Below, in pieces: positions 31,716 through 43,123 of a stretch of DNA of 64,000 bases. Origin of the DNA: Candidatus Latescibacterota bacterium (GTDB taxonomy: Bacteria > Latescibacterota > CBDEFO01); the NCBI GenBank assembly GCA_965237525.1, contig CBDEFO010000008.1:544001-608000 (forward strand), in the 5' to 3' direction. The position numbers and the translations under genes were made by a program. Within the stretch, counting starts at the first letter, position 1. Each line of letters starts with the position of its first letter. Below the pieces are notes generated by a model. It saw only the letters and a list, made by a program, of their open reading frames with translations, ran no database searches and was not told the DNA's origin.

Positions 31716-33234
31716 AAGCCTTGTGAAAAACGCTTAGATTCAGAAAGTAGTATAGAACAAGCATTGATAAAGCAGCTCCGATGTATTATATTATGTTATT
31801 GATAATATTATACATGGAGGAAACAATGACCCCACAAGAGCAGGAACAGACAAATCCGATGTTTCACTATTTTCAGATGGAGGATTTAGTTCCCGAGGAT
31901 TATATCCTTCGTCAGATTGATGAGGCAGTTGATTTTTCATTTGTACGAGACGTTGTATCAGATTGTTATTGCCCTGACAATGGCAGACCCGGTATTGATC
32001 CTGAATTAGTTGTTCGAATGATCCTTATTGGCTATCTGTATAATTTGAGTGAGAATCGGCTCTGTCAGGAAGTGGGGATGCATGCGGCATATCGGTTGTT
32101 TTGTCATCAGACATTTGATGATGCGGTTCCGGATAGGAGCACGATCAACAAGCTTCGCAATCACAAGTGGGCATCCAGTGGGTTGTTTGAACGGATAATG
32201 CGTCAGGTAGTCCAGTGTTGCATAGATGTCGGTGTTGTGAGCGGTAAACACCTTAGTGTCGACGGCACTCAGATACAAGCTGATGCTTCAGTGAAAAGTA
32301 TTGAGCCGATAGAACCCCCTGTTTCTCTTGATGATTATCTCAAGGGAATCGGTTTTGAAGGTGATAAGACAAAGGGTAGGTCCGGGCATCCTCAGGATAA
32401 AGACTTTCATGGTGAAAAGTGGACGAACCAAACACACCGTTCGACTACAGACCCCGACGCGCGCTTATACAGCAAATCGAAGGGCAAAGGGGCTTTTCTC
32501 TCGTTTATGGGCCATGATCTGATCGACACAAAAAGCAGAGTAATCCTTGAGACTCAGGGCACGCAGGCGACAGGGACAGCAGAGCCCGAAAGTGCCCTTA
32601 AGATGGTAGATGACCTTGAAACATAGACCATGCCCAAAGACATTCAGACACTTAGTGCCGATACCGGTTACGGTTCTGGTAATTTTATCGCTGATGTACT
32701 TGACCGGGGAATCATACCCCATATTCCTCTGCGAGCCGATGAGAAGATTGAACCGATTCCTACATGGAAAAACAAGACAAATTCAGCACATATTCAGGCC
32801 GAACGGGATAGAAAAGTGCGAGAGGCGAAAGCCAGAAATCATGCACGGTCTATCTCATTAACAGCTGACTACAAACTCTCCCGGAGACTCCGTAAACGCA
32901 GTGAACATATCTTTGCTGAAGCCAGGCAACAACACGGTATGGGACGAGCCCGTTATAGAGGACCAGCCTCACTGAATGAACAGTTGAATCTTGTTGCAAC
33001 AGTACAGAATCTCAAGAGGCTTGTATCTTTCATAAGAAGGGGGAAAGCGTCTATGTGTGCCCTGTCTGTCAAAGACAGTGCATCCTGTTCTTCAAACAGC
33101 TCCTATTCCTTGCTGACCAGAACTCTGATAAGACTATTTTGCTTATTCCACAGCAAAACGATACGATATGCTACTCTTTGACCCATAATCGGCGCTTCAG
33201 ACGCTGCCTGGGACATAACTATTTCACAAGGCTT
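31716..33234 (+). mobile_element. IS1182-family IS (1519 bp) with TTAG target duplication
   Basis: IRs AAGCCTTGTGAAA / TTTCACAAGGCTT flanked by TTAG; near-identical to 59254-60772. Confidence 0.9.
31826..33181 (+). pseudogene. IS1182 transposase with a nonsense mutation
   Basis: TAG at 32624-32626 where the intact copy has TAC (Tyr). Confidence 0.85.
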
Positions 33235-33253
33235 TTAGATAAGGAGAAGTCCA

Positions 33254-34063
33254 ATGAAAGCCAAGGAAATTATGGAGCACTTTCAGGAGGTCGGAACCTG
33301 GGTGGACTGGGATAACACGAATGACCAGTTCTTGCACGGGGATCCGGATGCAGAAGTAAAGGGGATCGCAACGGCCTGGAGTCCAACTAATTCCGCTCTG
33401 AAGCAGGCCTCTGATAAGGGACTCAACGTGTTCATCACTCATCAACCCGCCTTCTACCGTCTTCTGCTTTCCAAGGCGAAATCGGCAATCGATAATTATC
33501 ACGGAAGCCCCTCAACAGATCAACTCGCAAGAGCAAAGAGGCAGTTGCTCGACGATCTGGACATTACTTTGATGCTTTGTCACGACACATGGACCCTTAT
33601 GCCGGACGTGGGAATCCCCGATACATGGGCTGCTTTTCTGGGTTTCGATACGGCGCCGCGTCCATCGGAATCCTACTACAAGATCTGTTTGTTGGGGGAT
33701 ATGACCGTGGAGGAGGCAGCCCAGCAGGTTCTCCAGAGAGTTAGGAGCCTTGGACAAGATACGGTGCTCATTTTCGGTGACAGGCAGAAACGAGTCAGTC
33801 GTATGGCTGTCGGCACAGGGGCCGTTACCCGTCTGCCGACTATGTATGAGCTGAATGCCGACCTTATTCTGGCAACCGATGATGGCATGAACTTCTGGGA
33901 TGGAGGTCTTTGGGCTGTAGATTTAGGCATACCTGTTCTCATAGTCAATCATGCCACTTCAGAGAAGCCAGGCATGCAGGAAATGGCGGTATACCTTAGA
34001 GGGATATTCCCGGGAGTGCCCGTTGAATATGTGGATGTTGAATTCCCTTATAGTAATTTGTGA
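33254..34063 (+). CDS. NIF3-like protein, paralog of 30722-31510
   Basis: Starts MKAKEIMEHFQE like the first copy; FITHQP, LCHD, NHATSE. Confidence 0.8.
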   Translation: MKAKEIMEHFQEVGTWVDWDNTNDQFLHGDPDAEVKGIATAWSPTNSALKQASDKGLNVFITHQPAFYRLLLSKAKSAIDNYHGSPSTDQLARAKRQLLDDLDITLMLCHDTWTLMPDVGIPDTWAAFLGFDTAPRPSESYYKICLLGDMTVEEAAQQVLQRVRSLGQDTVLIFGDRQKRVSRMAVGTGAVTRLPTMYELNADLILATDDGMNFWDGGLWAVDLGIPVLIVNHATSEKPGMQEMAVYLRGIFPGVPVEYVDVEFPYSNL

Positions 34064-34373
34064 ATGAAACTGTGGATAACAAGGAGTTTCCAACTCCGCC
34101 TCGAATGTGCACAGATCAGCCCCGATGCCTTCGGTAACTCAAAGCGTTATGCCCCAGTTCATCGGTAGTTTGGATATTACCTTTCTGGAGACCGACAGGG
34201 CGATCCTGTGTGAGTTCGTGGGGAGACGTACATCTCTGTATTTGAAACCAAAGGCCAGTTTTCTATTGGCAGGAACCATAAGGAAAGTAAAGCGGAAAGG
34301 ATCAGCCAGGATCGTATGCACCCACGGGCGCGCAACAACTGAGACTTTCGTTACGACTTGCTAGGACAGGAGT

Positions 34374-35930
34374 ATGGCAAAAGCGGAGAAACACTCAATG
34401 GACTTCGAGGCGGAAATCCAGCGGAAGGAAAAACTGATCGGCTCTGCCCGGGAGTTGAAAGAAGAATTACGCGATGATCCCCATCGGCCGGGGTATCATT
34501 TCATGCCGCCGTGGGCCTGGATGAATGACATCAATGGGGCCATCTTCTGGAAAGGCCGATACCATATCTTCTACCAGCACAACCCCGAGGGCGGCTACTG
34601 GAAATGGATGCAGTGGGGACATGCCTCCAGCGTGGATCTGGTGCACTGGGTCCACCATCCCATCGCGCTTACCCCGACACTCGATGGACCTGATCGCGAT
34701 GGTTGTTACAGCGGGGGGGCATTCGTGAACAAAGAAGGCGTTCCGACTGTTATCTATCATGGAATTCCCGAAGGGACGTGTATCGCCACAAGCCACGAGG
34801 ACACGTTAATTCGCTGGACCAAGCACCCGGCCAACCCGGTGATTCGGGTGCCGAAGCCGGGTGACCCCGGCCACGGGAAGTACAAAGTTTTCGATCCGTG
34901 CGCGTGGGTGGACGGTGAAAACTATTATGCGCTTATTGGCAATCGTATTCCGGGCGTCCAGGGCGATGGGACGTCCCTGTTCAAATCGCCGGATCTGGTC
35001 CACTGGCAGTACGTCGGGCCCTTTTACCAATCGGAGCGGCGGTGGACCGAAGCCGACGAGGACTGCGCTGTGCCTGATTTCTTCCCATTGGGAGATAGGC
35101 ACATGCTGCTGTTTACGAGTCATCTGCAGACTACTCAGTGCTATCTCGGGAGGTTGGAGGGCAATCGGTACTCCCCGGAAAGCCATGGCTGGATGAGTTG
35201 GCCAGGCGGCCAACTTGGTGGTCCCAGAACGTTATTGGACGGGAAGGGACGCCGCATTTTCTTTGACTGGATACGCGAGCTTCGAGATCCCGAAAGGGAA
35301 CGAGCGTCAGGCTGGTCCGGGGTGATGACGCTGCCGAGGATTCTCCGGTTGGACCAGGACGGCACGTTGCGCATTGAGCCGGCGCCCGAACTGGAGGTGC
35401 TCCGGATGAATCCCAGTGTTTGCCGGGATATGCGACTGACAGCCGATTCAGAGCTGGTCGTGGACGATGTCCGAGGCGACTGCCTGGAATTGGCGGTGGA
35501 GATGGAACCGGAGGACGCCCAAGAATTCGGTGTGAAGGTGCGATGCTCTCCCGACGGCGCGGAGCAGACGGCTGTTGTGTACAATGCGTCTGCCGGGAAG
35601 CTGAAAGTGGACATAAGCCAATCGACTCTGGATAAGGGCATCCGATACAACCACTACCGCAACACACAGGCGCTCGAACGGTTGCCTGAAGAGGCGAGGG
35701 TTGTCCAGGCCCAGGTGGCTCCGTTCGAGCTGGCTGCCGGAGAGCCACTCAAGCTCCGCATCTTCCTAGACCGGTCGGTTCTGGAGGTGTTTGCAAACGG
35801 CCGCCAGTGCATCACGCAGCGGATCTACCCGACGCACCCCGACAGCCTGGGCGTTCGCCTCTTCTCCCGTGGCGGAGGCACAAAGTTCCAATCCGTCGAG
35901 GCATGGCGCATGGCCCCAGCCCACGACTGA
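34374..35930 (+). CDS. Glycoside hydrolase family 32-like protein
   Basis: HFMPP-WMNDING, YHIFYQHNP, WGHA, YSGG; C-terminal LRIFLDRSVLEVF. Confidence 0.85.
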   Translation: MAKAEKHSMDFEAEIQRKEKLIGSARELKEELRDDPHRPGYHFMPPWAWMNDINGAIFWKGRYHIFYQHNPEGGYWKWMQWGHASSVDLVHWVHHPIALTPTLDGPDRDGCYSGGAFVNKEGVPTVIYHGIPEGTCIATSHEDTLIRWTKHPANPVIRVPKPGDPGHGKYKVFDPCAWVDGENYYALIGNRIPGVQGDGTSLFKSPDLVHWQYVGPFYQSERRWTEADEDCAVPDFFPLGDRHMLLFTSHLQTTQCYLGRLEGNRYSPESHGWMSWPGGQLGGPRTLLDGKGRRIFFDWIRELRDPERERASGWSGVMTLPRILRLDQDGTLRIEPAPELEVLRMNPSVCRDMRLTADSELVVDDVRGDCLELAVEMEPEDAQEFGVKVRCSPDGAEQTAVVYNASAGKLKVDISQSTLDKGIRYNHYRNTQALERLPEEARVVQAQVAPFELAAGEPLKLRIFLDRSVLEVFANGRQCITQRIYPTHPDSLGVRLFSRGGGTKFQSVEAWRMAPAHD

Positions 35931-36492
35931 AAGCCGTATCAACCGCAAGGACCGTCTGAGCGAGATGAAATCCAGGGTACCTAGGTCGAGACTGTGGAAT
36001 ACGAGAAGAATAAGAAAGTTATCTCCGACGTTGAGTATAAGGACATACGACAGGTTATATACAGAACTGTATCAGGCTGAAAGTGAATGCGGAAAGTTAA
36101 AGTCCTCTCCTGTCAGATAGGAAGTAGCGACCAGGGCCGCTACCCCAGAGATTACCCTTATTATATTAGACGTATTCCGTACTAGTAGAGGTATTTCTTA
36201 TGAACCAGAAGAAATCAAGAGCTTGGAGTACAATATTGGACACTTTTGAAGTTTCTCCAAAGCTCCTGTGTTACAATGACTTTTCAAATAACATGCTTGT
36301 TGTGCATTAGACCTAATCTATAACAGTTCAAAGGACCAATCTTCGCGCTTCCTCTACAGAGCGGAAGCGCTTCAGGAGCGGCTCAGTTAAGGGGTACTCC
36401 GGACACTAAGAGCCTATACGAAGATCCCTCCTGGCGTCACACGGCTGCAATGGCGGTGTCCGGCGCAGGCTATCACCCTCCTCAACGCTTGT

Positions 36493-36543
36493 CTCCGATT
36501 GAGTCCCCGATTGATTCTACCCCCGATTGAATCTATGGGGGGT
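36493..36543. repeat. Nested copies of a 21-bp palindrome (CCCCGAT.GA.TC.ATCGGGG family)
   Basis: CTCCGATTGAGT-CCCCGATTGATTCTA-CCCCCGATTGAATCTATGGGGGG. Confidence 0.7.
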
Positions 36544-36552
36544 GATCAAGGA

Positions 36553-37308
36553 TCAGCCTCGCCCGATGTAGGGCATTTTGGTCGCCATGATGGTCATAAA
36601 TGGCACGTTGGCGTCCAACGGGAGAGTGGCCATGTACACCACCGCGCGCGCTACATGATCTGCGTCCATAGTAGGTTCAACCTTCATTGATCCATTGGCC
36701 TGCGGAACGCCGTCTTGCATTCCGTCGGTCATCTGAGTCTCGGCGTTGCCAATGTCTATCTGGCCGCAGGCAATATCGTACTGGCGTCCCTCTAAAGCGG
36801 TCGACTTAGTGAGACCTGTCACGCCGTGCTTAGCGGTCGTATAGGGCGCGGCGTTGGGACGTGGTACGTGAGCCGATATGGAGCCGTTATTGATGATGCG
36901 CCCGCCCCTGGGTTTCTGACTCTTCATGATCTTGAACGCTTCCTGCGTACACAGAAATGTGCCGGTCAGGTTGGTGTCCACGACGGATTTCCATTTCTCG
37001 TAGGTCAGATCTTCCAGGGGTCCCCCCGCTCCGATCCCCGCGTTGTTAAACAGCACGTCGAGCCGGCCAAAGGTCTCCTTCGTCTTGGCGAACAAGGCTC
37101 GAACGGAGACAGGATCAGTCACGTCAGTAGGAACAACCAGTGTTTTCGAGCCAGACGGCTCTGCTTCTGCCGCGGTCGTCTCTAAAGGCTCCACACGACG
37201 TCCAGCCAGTGCAACGGAATACCCCTCCTGCAGAAGAGCGAGAGTCGTTCGCCTGCCAATACCGGTTCCCGCTCCCGTAACGATGGCTATCTTCCCGAGT
37301 GAACTCAT
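36553..37308 (-). CDS. SDR family oxidoreductase
   Basis: [17 protein letters not shown]. Confidence 0.9.
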   Translation of the reverse strand: MSSLGKIAIVTGAGTGIGRRTTLALLQEGYSVALAGRRVEPLETTAAEAEPSGSKTLVVPTDVTDPVSVRALFAKTKETFGRLDVLFNNAGIGAGGPLEDLTYEKWKSVVDTNLTGTFLCTQEAFKIMKSQKPRGGRIINNGSISAHVPRPNAAPYTTAKHGVTGLTKSTALEGRQYDIACGQIDIGNAETQMTDGMQDGVPQANGSMKVEPTMDADHVARAVVYMATLPLDANVPFMTIMATKMPYIGRG

Positions 37309-37332
37309 TTGTCATACCTCCTAAAGCTGTAG

Positions 37333-37375
37333 CCCCCGACCCCCGATAGAGTCAATCAGGGGTTCAATCGGGGGT
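37333..37375. repeat. Nested 21-bp palindrome
   Basis: CCCCCGA[CCCCCGATAGAGTCAATCAGGGG]TTCAATCGGGGG. Confidence 0.7.
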
Positions 37376-37449
37376 TGCCAGGTACGTTTCTCAAATCTGT
37401 GTGGGAATTGTGCATAATACTCCCACCCCTTCTATTCTATTAAACGGCT

Positions 37450-37729
37450 TGCATGTTCGCCCCACACCAGACGAAGTCCGATCCCAGCAGCGTTTCGATC
37501 ACGTGGAACATGTGATCGTCTTCAACGAACATTTCGGTCAACTCTGGATGCTCCAGGGCCAAGTCAATCACGCAAGACCATATCTGGACGAGATCGGGCT
37601 TGTTCAGGTGCTAGGAGATAATGGACTGGAATTCCCGGCCGAGCACCTCGATCTCAACGGCGAGTAGCATTGGCGCATCGTGGCGTAGCCGAAAGTCTCG
37701 AAGTGCGCTTTCTGTTCGTCCGTAAACAT
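37450..37729 (-). pseudogene. N-terminal fragment of a phytanoyl-CoA dioxygenase (PhyH) family gene
   Basis: MFTDEQKAHFETFGY... and IETLLGSDFVW, with a frameshift and a stop. Confidence 0.6.
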
Positions 37730-37737
37730 ACTCTCCC

Positions 37738-39552
37738 TCACCAGGGCTCGTCTCGCTTCATGCCAAAATCCACCTTCAGGAAATAATACATCTCATCCAT
37801 AGGCACGGCCTCATTCCACATCGTTATGCCGTACTTCTGGCACAATCTGAAGAACTCTCTGAAATGTGGACGGGTGCGTCCAGCAATATCAGGAGGGACC
37901 TTTCCATCCTTTCCGGACCATGCCCAGGGAAGGGCCTCACTCATAGCTGCAGCGTGGATGGCAATCGATGCCTTCTCAAGACGAGCACGAATTGTCGGAT
38001 CGTCGGTCAATGCAAAAGCCTCATCTAAAGCCTGCACGCCAACACGAACGACTGATGCATCAATCCCGAAATTCTCGCCTATACCCGACCACCCATACTG
38101 TATGCCCTTTTCTTCCGCACTCTCGTGTAAACGATCTATAAACCTGCGGATCTGGCGACCGGCCTTGCCGTAGTGCAGATGCAGAAACTCGTCCATTACT
38201 TTGTTGCCATCTTCATTGGGATCCCACAGTAGTCGGCTGGTCATATAGTTCTGCAGATCAGAAAGCCCGGACTGCGGCGCATTATATACCGCCTGCATAA
38301 AGATGCCCTTAACGCCGTTATCCAGAAAATAACGAATGTTTGGCTCAACGACGCGCATATTGGGTATCGGCAACTGATATATCGCAAAATTGGTATTGTA
38401 ATACCAGAGGTTGATATGATCGCAGATTCGACCCCAGCCTTCTAATGCCTGACGGAATTTCACGCTTTCCGAATACGTGGACGTTTCAATCGGATCCGTT
38501 ACGCTGCAATCGTGAGTCGTCAGTTGAACGATTACATTGGGATGCGCCTTAATGGTCTTTGGCGGTTTCTGCGAATACTTGTACGCGAGCGTGCCGATTT
38601 TCACGTCCGGATATTTCTTCACCACCTCTTTGGTCACTGCGTTCACGAAAAGCAAGAGAGTCCCCATGCCCGATTCTTCGCGCTGATCGGTTAACTCACA
38701 TTTCGGGCAGCGACATTTGTGTCCCCCGTCGTTTTGGCTAACGGCGATGCTCTTCTGGTCGGGATTAGCCGCAAGCTCGTCGAGTACAGCCTGAGTGACA
38801 ATTTCAAGCACTTCGGGATGTGAAAGACACAGTTGGGCATCTTTTTCTTCGGTGATGTACTTACCGTCACGCATGCCAAAATATTCCGGGTTTGACTTCG
38901 AGTATTTCCTCCAGGGAATCTGCCGGTAGAAGCTATGGCCGAAAAGCATAATATCAGTTGTGCCGCCAAGCATAGGGTCATGTGTTACTGTATTACAGCG
39001 CAACCTGGCCGCAAACTCGGGATGATCCGCGTTTACCTTGTATGCGCTAAAGCGGTATGACATTGGAGGATGATACGACCGATCCACTTGGCTGATCATG
39101 GCTTGTTTCTTTGCACGAGGCACATACGTGTGGTCGTGAGACAGGAAACGCACGCCCAGGTAATCTTCAAGAAACGTATAGACGCCGTACAGCGTTCCTC
39201 TGGGCTGGCCCCCGGCAATGGCAATATTCTTCTTGCTAACGATAATCCGCAGATCTTCCGGTCCGAAATCCTGAACATCAAATCCGACCGGGCTGGATTT
39301 CATCGATGTGCCGCTTCCGATATAGATATGAAAATTACTTCCCTTAGCTACCGAAGTGACGATGGGCAGATGAATGTCAGTGGTTTGCTTCAAGAAATTC
39401 TGGAACTCCTTGGCTGCATATCCCTCGCTGGGAATGGCATCCTCATCAATGACGATATCCCAGTTCTCTAATTGACTAATTCTGACCCCTCTGGGAGCAG
39501 CGGCTGCCAAGGCAGCTTGTAATAGAACGAGCAAAGTTGTTACATAGGGCAT
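37738..39552 (-). CDS. DUF4838-domain secreted protein (GH-like)
   Basis: Signal peptide; GGQPRGTLYGVYTFLE, HSFY, QLCLSHP, SQND..CRCPKC, TLAY. Confidence 0.8.
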   Translation of the reverse strand: MPYVTTLLVLLQAALAAAAPRGVRISQLENWDIVIDEDAIPSEGYAAKEFQNFLKQTTDIHLPIVTSVAKGSNFHIYIGSGTSMKSSPVGFDVQDFGPEDLRIIVSKKNIAIAGGQPRGTLYGVYTFLEDYLGVRFLSHDHTYVPRAKKQAMISQVDRSYHPPMSYRFSAYKVNADHPEFAARLRCNTVTHDPMLGGTTDIMLFGHSFYRQIPWRKYSKSNPEYFGMRDGKYITEEKDAQLCLSHPEVLEIVTQAVLDELAANPDQKSIAVSQNDGGHKCRCPKCELTDQREESGMGTLLLFVNAVTKEVVKKYPDVKIGTLAYKYSQKPPKTIKAHPNVIVQLTTHDCSVTDPIETSTYSESVKFRQALEGWGRICDHINLWYYNTNFAIYQLPIPNMRVVEPNIRYFLDNGVKGIFMQAVYNAPQSGLSDLQNYMTSRLLWDPNEDGNKVMDEFLHLHYGKAGRQIRRFIDRLHESAEEKGIQYGWSGIGENFGIDASVVRVGVQALDEAFALTDDPTIRARLEKASIAIHAAAMSEALPWAWSGKDGKVPPDIAGRTRPHFREFFRLCQKYGITMWNEAVPMDEMYYFLKVDFGMKRDEPW

Positions 39553-39724
39553 TTGTTTCTCCTTAGCGATAACTGCTCAGGACTCGACAATGTAAGTCTG
39601 AATTTGAATACCCTCTATCGCATCAGACTGCATCCAGCCCGGCTCTACTTCCCCGGCTCTACTTCCATAGGGTACCGCGATTATGCGATATGCCGAACGC
39701 GGCTCCAACGGAGTTTCCAGCGTC

Positions 39725-41314
39725 CTACGGCGTGAAAGTCACTGCTGCACCCGCATACGTCTCGTCGTTGCGGAGGGCGTTGCGGTGCGGCAGGTACTCA
39801 ACCAATATGTCCACGTCGGTGATCGAGATCGGGTGGATGAGCTTCTCGTCCTTCTTCAGCAGGTCGACGCGCAGCGTGTTGGTGTCCTTGTTTGGCAGCA
39901 ATCCGTCCATTAGATCGACATGGAGACGGTAGCCCCGTACGCCCGCGCTTGGCCGCATCTGGAACACCCGGTCCACCTTGCGAATCCTATCCTCCGGCAC
40001 CACTGCGCCGTTCCAGTACATTCGTACCTCATCGGCGCGAAGCATTTCGTGCAGCATGATCCGTAGCTCGCAGCGCCATAACTCGCCTGCTGCCTGCTTG
40101 GAGGCGATGTCGTCGGCCACGTCAATGGTGATCTCCTTACCCCGATTGCCGACCTTTAGCTCCTGCGGTAGCTGTTCTGTGAGGCCATATGTGGCGGCTT
40201 TAGGTCGGGCTGCTCCAGGTCCTACGTGGAAGGTCTTGTCTTTGTGGGTGACAACGTCCGGGTAGGCGAGGTAGCGAAGGCGGTCCGTGTCTTGGGTTGT
40301 GTACGGGTAGCGATGTGGCGGCGGGTAGTACCTGTGATATAGGATGCCCTGCACACCAGCGTGGTAGGCATTGACGGCGGCGGCGCGATGCACCTCTGTC
40401 GTCTGCTCCTGACCGACGCTGTCCAGACCGGCAATAACTGGTATGCCCGTGTCCTCTGTGAGTGTTACGATCTCCCGAAGCCGCGCTGTCTCGCTGGAGA
40501 AGTCGCCGCCGACCGGCATCGCCACGATAGTGTCTACCAGCCCTTCCTTTACCCACGTTTCGACATCGTGGCCAATAAGCCTGCTGCCCTCCAGGGTCGC
40601 GGAGATTCGGGCCACCAGCCGCTTCTGCCGGCCTTGTGTCCGGGCGGCTTCGTCGCAAGCCTGGCTGATCTGCCGCACCCAGTCGGTCACGGTGTCGGTG
40701 TGCTCGGCCACTTCTCTGCGGGCGATGAAGGGTGCGTAGTCATGGAAGTTAATCTCAATACCGTCGGTCGGGTAGTCGCCGAGCAGTTCTCGGATGACCG
40801 CCAACCGGTTTTCCCGAACCTCGGGCACGGTGTACGACAGGCGGTTGGGTTGGTCGAATTCTGCTTCGGTGTAGTCGGGTTCCTCACCGACCTGCCACTC
40901 AGGGTGCTCAGTGGTAAAGTCAGCGACGCGGCAGCTGGTTACCCGATCGTGGTCTACGTGAGACATATTCAGAAGGAAATGGGGTAGAAAATTGAGGCTA
41001 CGCTTATGGGCATGCTCGCAGACGACCATGAGCGGGTCGTAGCCGCTCTTGATCATGGCCTCGCAGTTCTGGGCGGCTTTGTACCAAACCTCATGGTTGG
41101 CCAGGTCAACGTTGTGCCCCCACCGCTCTCCCACCTTGGTGTCGTAGAGCAGCACGCTGCAATCTCCCACCACATAGCTGATGGTATCGATGCCCAGATC
41201 CAGGACCTCGTCTATAGGCTCCACAAACTGCCTCACGCCCATCGGCGGTTCGTACAGGTAGACGCTGGAGTGCCGACCATCCGTCTCGAACATGATTTCG
41301 TGTCTCTCACTCAT
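39725..41314 (-). CDS. Hypothetical TIM-barrel glycoside-hydrolase-like protein
   Basis: F..EHPEW, PEVRENRLAVIRELL..Y.TDGIEINF, DVETWVKEGLVD. Confidence 0.6.
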   Translation of the reverse strand: MSERHEIMFETDGRHSSVYLYEPPMGVRQFVEPIDEVLDLGIDTISYVVGDCSVLLYDTKVGERWGHNVDLANHEVWYKAAQNCEAMIKSGYDPLMVVCEHAHKRSLNFLPHFLLNMSHVDHDRVTSCRVADFTTEHPEWQVGEEPDYTEAEFDQPNRLSYTVPEVRENRLAVIRELLGDYPTDGIEINFHDYAPFIARREVAEHTDTVTDWVRQISQACDEAARTQGRQKRLVARISATLEGSRLIGHDVETWVKEGLVDTIVAMPVGGDFSSETARLREIVTLTEDTGIPVIAGLDSVGQEQTTEVHRAAAVNAYHAGVQGILYHRYYPPPHRYPYTTQDTDRLRYLAYPDVVTHKDKTFHVGPGAARPKAATYGLTEQLPQELKVGNRGKEITIDVADDIASKQAAGELWRCELRIMLHEMLRADEVRMYWNGAVVPEDRIRKVDRVFQMRPSAGVRGYRLHVDLMDGLLPNKDTNTLRVDLLKKDEKLIHPISITDVDILVEYLPHRNALRNDETYAGAAVTFTP

Positions 41315-41499
41315 GTGTATCTGCTCCTAGAATCTGTTCTGTTGCATGACACGCGTGCTTTTCTTAAGAACTTGGTTCCCTCTGTGACTGTAAGCAGGGC
41401 TTCAACATCCATCTTTTTCTCCTTTTGAGAAACACTTTCAATGTCGTTTTCTTAATCCCTTTGGCTCACCCCTGCTATCTTCCCCTTTACTTTTTCCAA

Positions 41500-41586
41500 G
41501 TACGACCAGTACGACTAGTACGGGGTCAAATACATAAACTTTTGTTTTGTAAAATGTTACTGATAAAGGGGTCGTACTGGTCGTAC
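41500..41586. repeat. 16-bp perfect inverted repeat built from GTACGAC units
   Basis: GTACGACCAGTACGAC (41500-41515) / GTCGTACTGGTCGTAC (41571-41586) around an AT-rich core. Confidence 0.75.
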
Positions 41587-41875
41587 CTCCGTAACTGTTT
41601 GTCAGCAGGAAGTAGGCCCACTCGATAATACCAAGGTCTTCCCCCTCCTTCTTCTTTCTGTTCAACGGCTTGCAGGCCGTCTTTTGAGCGGTGCTGAGTA
41701 TAGAGCTGCTACAGTTTCGCGCAAGCAACAAATATCTTGAGGTCTTCATTGCCTTCGTGCAACAGCCCATGACTGCTTCCTGATTTAGTCAGAATCACGT
41801 CTCCAGGCTTGACATTGCTGCTTCTCATTGTCCACTGTCATTAGCCCCTGTCCGGAGACAATATAGTAGATCTCT

Positions 41876-42817
41876 TCATCCCCCCGGAATGAAATCTTTC
41901 TCGTTTGACTTCTCTTGCTTAGGTGGACGGTAGCCGGTGTATCTCTGTGATGAAAGATTAAACCATTCTAACTTCTGATCAACTTCTTGTAAGCTTTTGA
42001 ACTGAATTCTGTTCCAGAACTTCCTTGAAAATACAGAATTGTTGCCTTCTATAGATGCTTGAGAAAAGGGCCTTCTGGGAACGGCAAATATCGGAATCAC
42101 TTGATTTTTCAAGAGAAACTGCATTGCTTTGCTGACATTCCTTTTACCTGAAACACTGCCAATAGTCGCCGAGCAATTGTCCACCTTAACGAAATCTGGT
42201 TTTTCAAACCTGTCAAAGAAAGACTGACACTTCTCGATAAAGTTAGTTGCTGTTTGACCGTCAACCCGCCGAAAATACCTTAACTTAGGCTCTTTCTTAA
42301 AGGAAAATCCAACGAAGTTGACCGGCTCAGTTCTGCCGGTAAGATACTTTTTACCAATAAAGTCTGATTCTAGGACTCTGCCTCCTGAAAGATAGTAAAT
42401 GGTATACTCTGGATAACAAAGATAACGAGATGCACCCTTGTTTTTACCTTTCTTCCTTCTCTGGGAAAGTCCTAAATCTGAAAGCATTCTGCCGATAGTC
42501 GGCAACGACGGAGGAGGGGTGCTAGAATATCGATTCCTCCATTCTTGTTCAATAACAGTGGCTCCTGAATAGAACTGATAAGGATCGTCCTCTAAGCTAT
42601 GGTAAATCTCTTTGATTCTCTGTTCGTCAACTTTAGCCAATTTTCGCCTTTTTCCTTTTGGCCAACCCCGATTATCCATGGCAAAATCCTGATCCGGAGA
42701 TTTAGTCCAAGCCGTAACGAAATCATTGGAAACTCTCGCTTGTTTGATAACTTCTCGCTTTGACATTTCTTTCTTAAAATACATCTCGTTGACTTCTTGT
42801 CAAATCTCCTTTGCCAT
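41876..42817 (-). pseudogene. IS481-like/integrase-core transposase relic
   Basis: HTH-like start MAKEI* (internal TGA); ESD..., VDN, IEGNN DDE-like triad; apparently truncated 3' end. Confidence 0.65.
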
Positions 42818-42867
42818 AGGACTCCGTAGATTAGTTGACAATCAACTCAACTTAATCTACTAATACA

Positions 42868-43071
42868 TTATGGTCTAAACAGATCAAATTCAAAGGCACG
42901 GTGTTCGTGAATCCCGATTGAGGAATTAGGTTTCAACACGAGTTCCCTGACATAGGCCAGGTTACTCTGTAACTCCTCTTCCAACAGGGTCCGAACCGCG
43001 AATTTCCCCGAACCGCCGTGGCTGCTATCTCCCAGTTGTTCTTCTACATTATGGTGGCCGCGAAGTATCAT
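42868..43071 (-). pseudogene. Cupin-domain protein, 3'-truncated
   Basis: HGGSG...LKPNSSIGIHEH, then abrupt end next to the transposase relic. Confidence 0.55.
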
Positions 43072-43123
43072 AAGGCATCTCCTTTCCTATTCTATCGTTT
43101 CTGATAAACTGTCCTTTATCGTA

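Noticed and set aside
14936..32626. In-frame TAG codons (14936, 32624) as stop-codon recoding or pyrrolysine
   Set aside because: The paralogs have GAG and TAC there, so single substitutions explain both; TAG ends normal genes in this window
35930..36160. Group II intron 3' end
   Set aside because: AGCCGTAT is present, but I could not form a proper domain V/VI; no RT nearby
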